A DNA stretch of 32,000 bases, taken from the NCBI RefSeq assembly GCF_000011805.1, contig NC_006841.2; one strand, written 5' to 3'. The position numbers and the translations under genes were made by a program. The stretch is from Aliivibrio fischeri ES114 (GTDB lineage: Bacteria > Pseudomonadota > Gammaproteobacteria > Enterobacterales > Vibrionaceae). The notes beneath the pieces were generated by a model. That model was not told the origin of the DNA and ran no database searches. It worked only from the letters and a program-made list of their open reading frames with translations. The first letter of the stretch is position 1. Each line of letters begins with the position of its first letter. Positions 28,398 to 32,000 of the stretch are shown here, one piece after another.

Positions 28398-29642
28398 TTA
28401 CGCTCTGCGCTTTTTAAAAGCATACCAACCGGCGCTTAGTAAAGTTTTAAGTACCACACTAAATGCACTCAATTGAGGGTCAGCGTCCTTTCCATCTGCA
28501 ATACGCCACATTTGATGCTCATACCAAACAAGTCCTACCATCGCCATTTTATCTAATGCAGGTTTGCCTGTTGTTGGTTCTGCTAACGGCATTCCATAGT
28601 TTGAATCGTGCATTAATTTATTTGGGAAATCAGGGTCAACAGCCATGGTTCGTGCAATACCGATAAAGTCAGTCGCAGAGGTATTTAAGGCTTCATTCAT
28701 TGCAGGGGCAGAGCGAAAACCACCAGTCACAACCAAAGGTGTATTAACTAGTGTTCTTACTTTTTCCATGTAATCCATAAAGTAAGCTTCACGTTTAACG
28801 GTACTTTCTTTTACTGGTTTATTTTTATCTTTGGCTCCCATCATTGATGGACTCTCGTAAGTGCCGCCAGATATCTCAATTAAGTCGATGCCATTATTAC
28901 TTAAGGCTTGCACAACCTGCATTGATTCTTTTTCAGTGAAACCGCCTTTCATAAAATCGGCACTATTAAGCTTAATGCCTACCGGGAATTCAGCCCCAAC
29001 TTCTTTACGAATAGCATTATATACTTCGAGTACGAAACGCAGTCGGTTTTCTAATGAACCACCCCATTTGTCGTTTCGTTTATTGTGCCTTGAGGATAAA
29101 AATTGACTAACAAGATAACCATGAGCACCATGAATTTGTACTCCAGTAAAGCCTGCTTGCTTTGCTAGTTTGGCACTGGTAGCGAATTTAGTAATGATCT
29201 CATGGATTTCACTCTCAGTGAGGGCTCGTGGAGTATTAAAGCCTTTTTCTAACCCACGCTCTAGTGAGATAGCTGAGGGAGCAACAGGGTTAGCACATAG
29301 AAATTTTGGAATTTGCTTACCTGGATGGTTAAGTTGCATCCATATGTGTGAGCTATTTTGCGTGCCTGCCTTTGCCCATTCACTAAATAATCTAAGGTCA
29401 CTTTTATCATCTAAAACCACATTCTTAGGCTCGCCAAGGGCGGTTCTATCCACCATGACATTGCCTGTCATCGATAAACCAATACCACCTTTAGCCCAAC
29501 GCGCGTATAAGGTTACCAAACCAGAAGTAGGGTTATGCAGTTTATCGCCAAGCTGTTCACTCATTGCCGATTTGAAAAGACGGTTTTTAATAACTTGACC
29601 ATTGGTAAGAGTAAATGGCTGGTTGAGATTTATCGAATTCAT
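28398..29642 (-). CDS. NADH:flavin oxidoreductase / Old Yellow Enzyme family
   Basis: NRLFKSAMSEQL, HPGKQIP, GVQIHGAHGYLVSQFLSSRHNKRNDKWGGSLENRLRFVLEV, GGFRSAPAMNEALN. Confidence 0.93.
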   Translation of the reverse strand: MNSINLNQPFTLTNGQVIKNRLFKSAMSEQLGDKLHNPTSGLVTLYARWAKGGIGLSMTGNVMVDRTALGEPKNVVLDDKSDLRLFSEWAKAGTQNSSHIWMQLNHPGKQIPKFLCANPVAPSAISLERGLEKGFNTPRALTESEIHEIITKFATSAKLAKQAGFTGVQIHGAHGYLVSQFLSSRHNKRNDKWGGSLENRLRFVLEVYNAIRKEVGAEFPVGIKLNSADFMKGGFTEKESMQVVQALSNNGIDLIEISGGTYESPSMMGAKDKNKPVKESTVKREAYFMDYMEKVRTLVNTPLVVTGGFRSAPAMNEALNTSATDFIGIARTMAVDPDFPNKLMHDSNYGMPLAEPTTGKPALDKMAMVGLVWYEHQMWRIADGKDADPQLSAFSVVLKTLLSAGWYAFKKRRA

Positions 29643-29673
29643 ACGTGCCTTATGGTTATATTATTATGTGATT

Positions 29674-29707
29674 AGGGCGTGTTAATCATAAAAGATCAAC
29701 ACGCCCT
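29674..29707. repeat. Long inverted repeat between oxidoreductase and MFS genes
   Basis: AGGGCGTGTTaatc...gatcAACACGCCCT: 10-bp perfect stem extended with one mismatch, short loop. Confidence 0.7.
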
Positions 29708-29781
29708 AGTTAGTATGCACTATTTTATCGATATAAATGTAAAGATTGCACAATTTGTATGCGCGTATGTTAATACTATAT

Positions 29782-30981
29782 TTAGCCAACCATCTCGCAT
29801 TGTCCTTCGATTTTTACTTTCTGTTTCTTCTCTAACACTTCAAATACAATCAACAGTACTGCTGCGATGATGGCACCGATAAAGCATAAATACAGTGCGC
29901 TGTAATAGTTGTATAGTTCACCTACCACACCAACTAAAACACTGGATACCAACACACTGATATTCAACATGTTTGAGAATAGGGTAGACGCAGTGCCTAA
30001 TCTGTCTTTCATCATATCTTGTAATGCAACCATACCAAGCGTTGCACAAACACCAATAAAGAAACCATTCAGTATTTGAGCTATTAACATTGAAGTAAAG
30101 CTGGTGCTTGAAAGCATAACAAGAAAGAACATAGCGCCAGATATAACACCAAGGGTCATTACTCTGGTTGTACCCATTTTCTCAGCCATTTTTCCTGCTC
30201 CAAGCATCACAGGGATCTCGCATGCTGCAGCCACACCAAACATCAGTCCTAACCAACTAACATCCACTTGTAACTCTTGTGAAAGATACAAAGGCATACT
30301 TGTAATGTACAAATTGTTAGCTGAAAAGGCACAGACGATAATGAAACAATAGAGGATTACTATGCGTCCGAGAGGCTTATGTTCAGTAATTGCGGCTGTT
30401 TTTTCTTCTTTTGTTACGACGTTATCAGGAATAAATTTAGCAATGATCAGTATTGCTACTGATACTGTTATAGCAGAGACAGCAAATGCTGCACTGAATC
30501 CAAATTGTGCTTTAAGCATGAATGCTGCTGGTGGGCCAAATACCCAAGCTATGGCAAGACCCGCTCGCATTGTTGCTAAAAAACTGGTGCTGTTGGTAAC
30601 GTGTCTGTCACCATATTCACGACCTAAAGCAAACAGTTGACCAAAAGAAGCACCACTTACGCTCCCAAATACGACCGCCATGGTAATCGCTAACCAATAA
30701 TCACGAATAACAGTAAAACTGGCGACTAAAATTAAGTAGCTTGCTAGTGATATCATCAGAATGGTTTTACGATTCCAATGCGTGTCTGAGCGTTTAGCAA
30801 TAAATTGAGATACGATCACTGAACTGCTGACTGCAAGTGTCATATATAGACTCAGCATCATTGGTGAAGCATCTAGCTCTTCAACAATGAATAGGCTTGA
30901 TAGTGGATAAAAAAATGCACTGCAAAGCCCCGTTATAAAAGCGGTAAAAATAAATAGTAAAGAGGTTTTATCTTTATACAT
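29782..30981 (-). CDS. MFS transporter, SetA/SetB-like sugar efflux family
   Basis: ITGLCSAFFYPLSSLFIVEELDASP, QLFALGREYGDRH, GPPAAFMLKAQFGFSAAFAVSA are typical of sugar efflux transporters. Confidence 0.85.
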   Translation of the reverse strand: MYKDKTSLLFIFTAFITGLCSAFFYPLSSLFIVEELDASPMMLSLYMTLAVSSSVIVSQFIAKRSDTHWNRKTILMISLASYLILVASFTVIRDYWLAITMAVVFGSVSGASFGQLFALGREYGDRHVTNSTSFLATMRAGLAIAWVFGPPAAFMLKAQFGFSAAFAVSAITVSVAILIIAKFIPDNVVTKEEKTAAITEHKPLGRIVILYCFIIVCAFSANNLYITSMPLYLSQELQVDVSWLGLMFGVAAACEIPVMLGAGKMAEKMGTTRVMTLGVISGAMFFLVMLSSTSFTSMLIAQILNGFFIGVCATLGMVALQDMMKDRLGTASTLFSNMLNISVLVSSVLVGVVGELYNYYSALYLCFIGAIIAAVLLIVFEVLEKKQKVKIEGQCEMVG

Positions 30982-31172
30982 AACTCAATTCCAGTATACG
31001 AAATGTGGTTTAAGTGATCATTTGGTTTTACGGGTAGTCTACTTAATGATGAGCCTATTAATTGATGTTATTCGAGCTAGATCTAATACTATTCATTCAT
31101 CTTGTTATGCTTCTTTGACAGAAAATTATCACCATACTATTCTGAAACGGAAAGGAATCGATTGGAGTAGCA

Positions 31173-32000
31173 ATGAAGCTGTTTAAAGAGCATGTACTGA
31201 ATTTACCTAATTTTGACTGGATCGTAAGAGAGTTTCATTGTCGAGTTGAAGATAATGAGTTTGCGTGCTCTTGGCATTATCATTCTGAGTATGAATTGGT
31301 GTTGTATCTTGATCCTGATGGGGCATTTCAAGGTAGCTATTTTGCAGGTGATGCAATTGGTGATATTCACCATAATTCTTTATTTCTTTATGGCCCTGGT
31401 TTACCTCATATGGTGGCAGGAAGAAGTGTGAAGGTAGAACAGTCAAAGCACCACACTTTAATTATCTGGTTTGCTCATCATTGGGTTGAACGCTTAATTG
31501 CACTTATTCCTGAAGCAAGAAACTTAAAACGTTTATTGGATAATTCGGCTTATGGACTGTCGTTTAGCGTAGAGGTAGCACTGAAGGTATCGGAATTATT
31601 AAAACAAGCAACATCATTAGATCGCCACCAACAAGCTGTAAAAGTTATTGAGATAGTAGTGAGCCTTGCTGATGATATTGAAGCAAAGAAATTATCAACA
31701 ACACCTTATCGAATTAAACCTCTTTCGGACGATTCAGAATTTAATCACCGCATTGAACGAGCGACGAGATACATAGAAAAACACTATGGTGATGCGATAA
31801 AGATTGCTGATTTATGCAAACGACTTCATATGAGTGAGAGCTCGGCTTATCGTATGTTTGAAAAACATTATGGGATGAGTTTTTCTGATCATATAAAGCA
31901 ATACCGCATTGGTAAAGCTTGTGAATTGTTAGCGAGTACTAACTTACCTGTTTCGCTTGTTGCTGAGAAAACAGGGTTTAAAAATATATCTAATTTTAAT
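31173..32000 (+). CDS. AraC family transcriptional regulator, truncated by window end
   Basis: My translation from ATG 31173: MKLFKEHVLNLPNFDWIVREFHCRVEDNEFACSWHYHSEYELVLYL... with C-terminal IADLCKRLHMSESSAYRMFEKHYGMSFSDHIKQYRIGKACELLASTNLPVSLVAEKTGFKNISNFN. Open to the last base; not in the ORF track. Divergent from the efflux gene. Confidence 0.93.
   Translation, partial: MKLFKEHVLNLPNFDWIVREFHCRVEDNEFACSWHYHSEYELVLYLDPDGAFQGSYFAGDAIGDIHHNSLFLYGPGLPHMVAGRSVKVEQSKHHTLIIWFAHHWVERLIALIPEARNLKRLLDNSAYGLSFSVEVALKVSELLKQATSLDRHQQAVKVIEIVVSLADDIEAKKLSTTPYRIKPLSDDSEFNHRIERATRYIEKHYGDAIKIADLCKRLHMSESSAYRMFEKHYGMSFSDHIKQYRIGKACELLASTNLPVSLVAEKTGFKNISNFN

Noticed and set aside
1-32000. Search for CRISPR, transposons, phage genes, retrons, toxin-antitoxin or defence operons
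   Set aside because: No spaced repeat array, transposase, integrase, reverse transcriptase or recognisable defence domain appeared in any listed ORF or in the intergenic regions I read by eye.

Overview
AT-rich gammaproteobacterial sequence. The left end is the replication-origin region of a Vibrionaceae secondary chromosome (ori2-type). My working assignment is Aliivibrio-like, by inference from protein similarity recalled from memory. The key evidence is a full-length RctB-family initiator (ORF 1047..3038). Upstream of it lie a perfect DnaA box (724..732), five ATGATC-core iterons spaced about 22-26 bp (747..853), an AT-rich tract, further isolated GAAGCATGATCAAG-type elements (351..364, 421..434, 562..575), and a perfect palindrome ATTTACAGTGTAAAT (197..211) that matches the known parS2 consensus. 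A second parS2-like site sits at 13084..13098, and a second cluster of RctB-iteron-like GATC elements lies downstream of rctB (3275..3288, 3794..3908). The rest is mostly ordinary chromosomal gene content: RidA family, DUF4832-like lipoprotein, PepT-like M20 peptidase, exported MsrA-MsrB fusion, Gfa-like enzyme, patatin, catalase, AA10 LPMO with chitin-binding module, outer-membrane barrel, ABC-F YbiT, DnaQ-like exonuclease, SYLF-like/barrel lipoprotein, RsgA paralog, phosphoribosyltransferase, POT-like transporter, enoyl-CoA hydratase, LysR, MarR, DUF3861-like, OYE-family oxidoreductase, sugar-efflux-like MFS and a truncated AraC regulator. The less-described items are a paralogous pair of very small membrane proteins (22002..22154 and 24956..25159; the first is absent from the supplied ORF track), a small exported protein with a duplicated CX20C unit, and the extended set of GATC elements around rctB. 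I found no CRISPR array, tRNA, rRNA, transposase, phage module or recognisable defence system.
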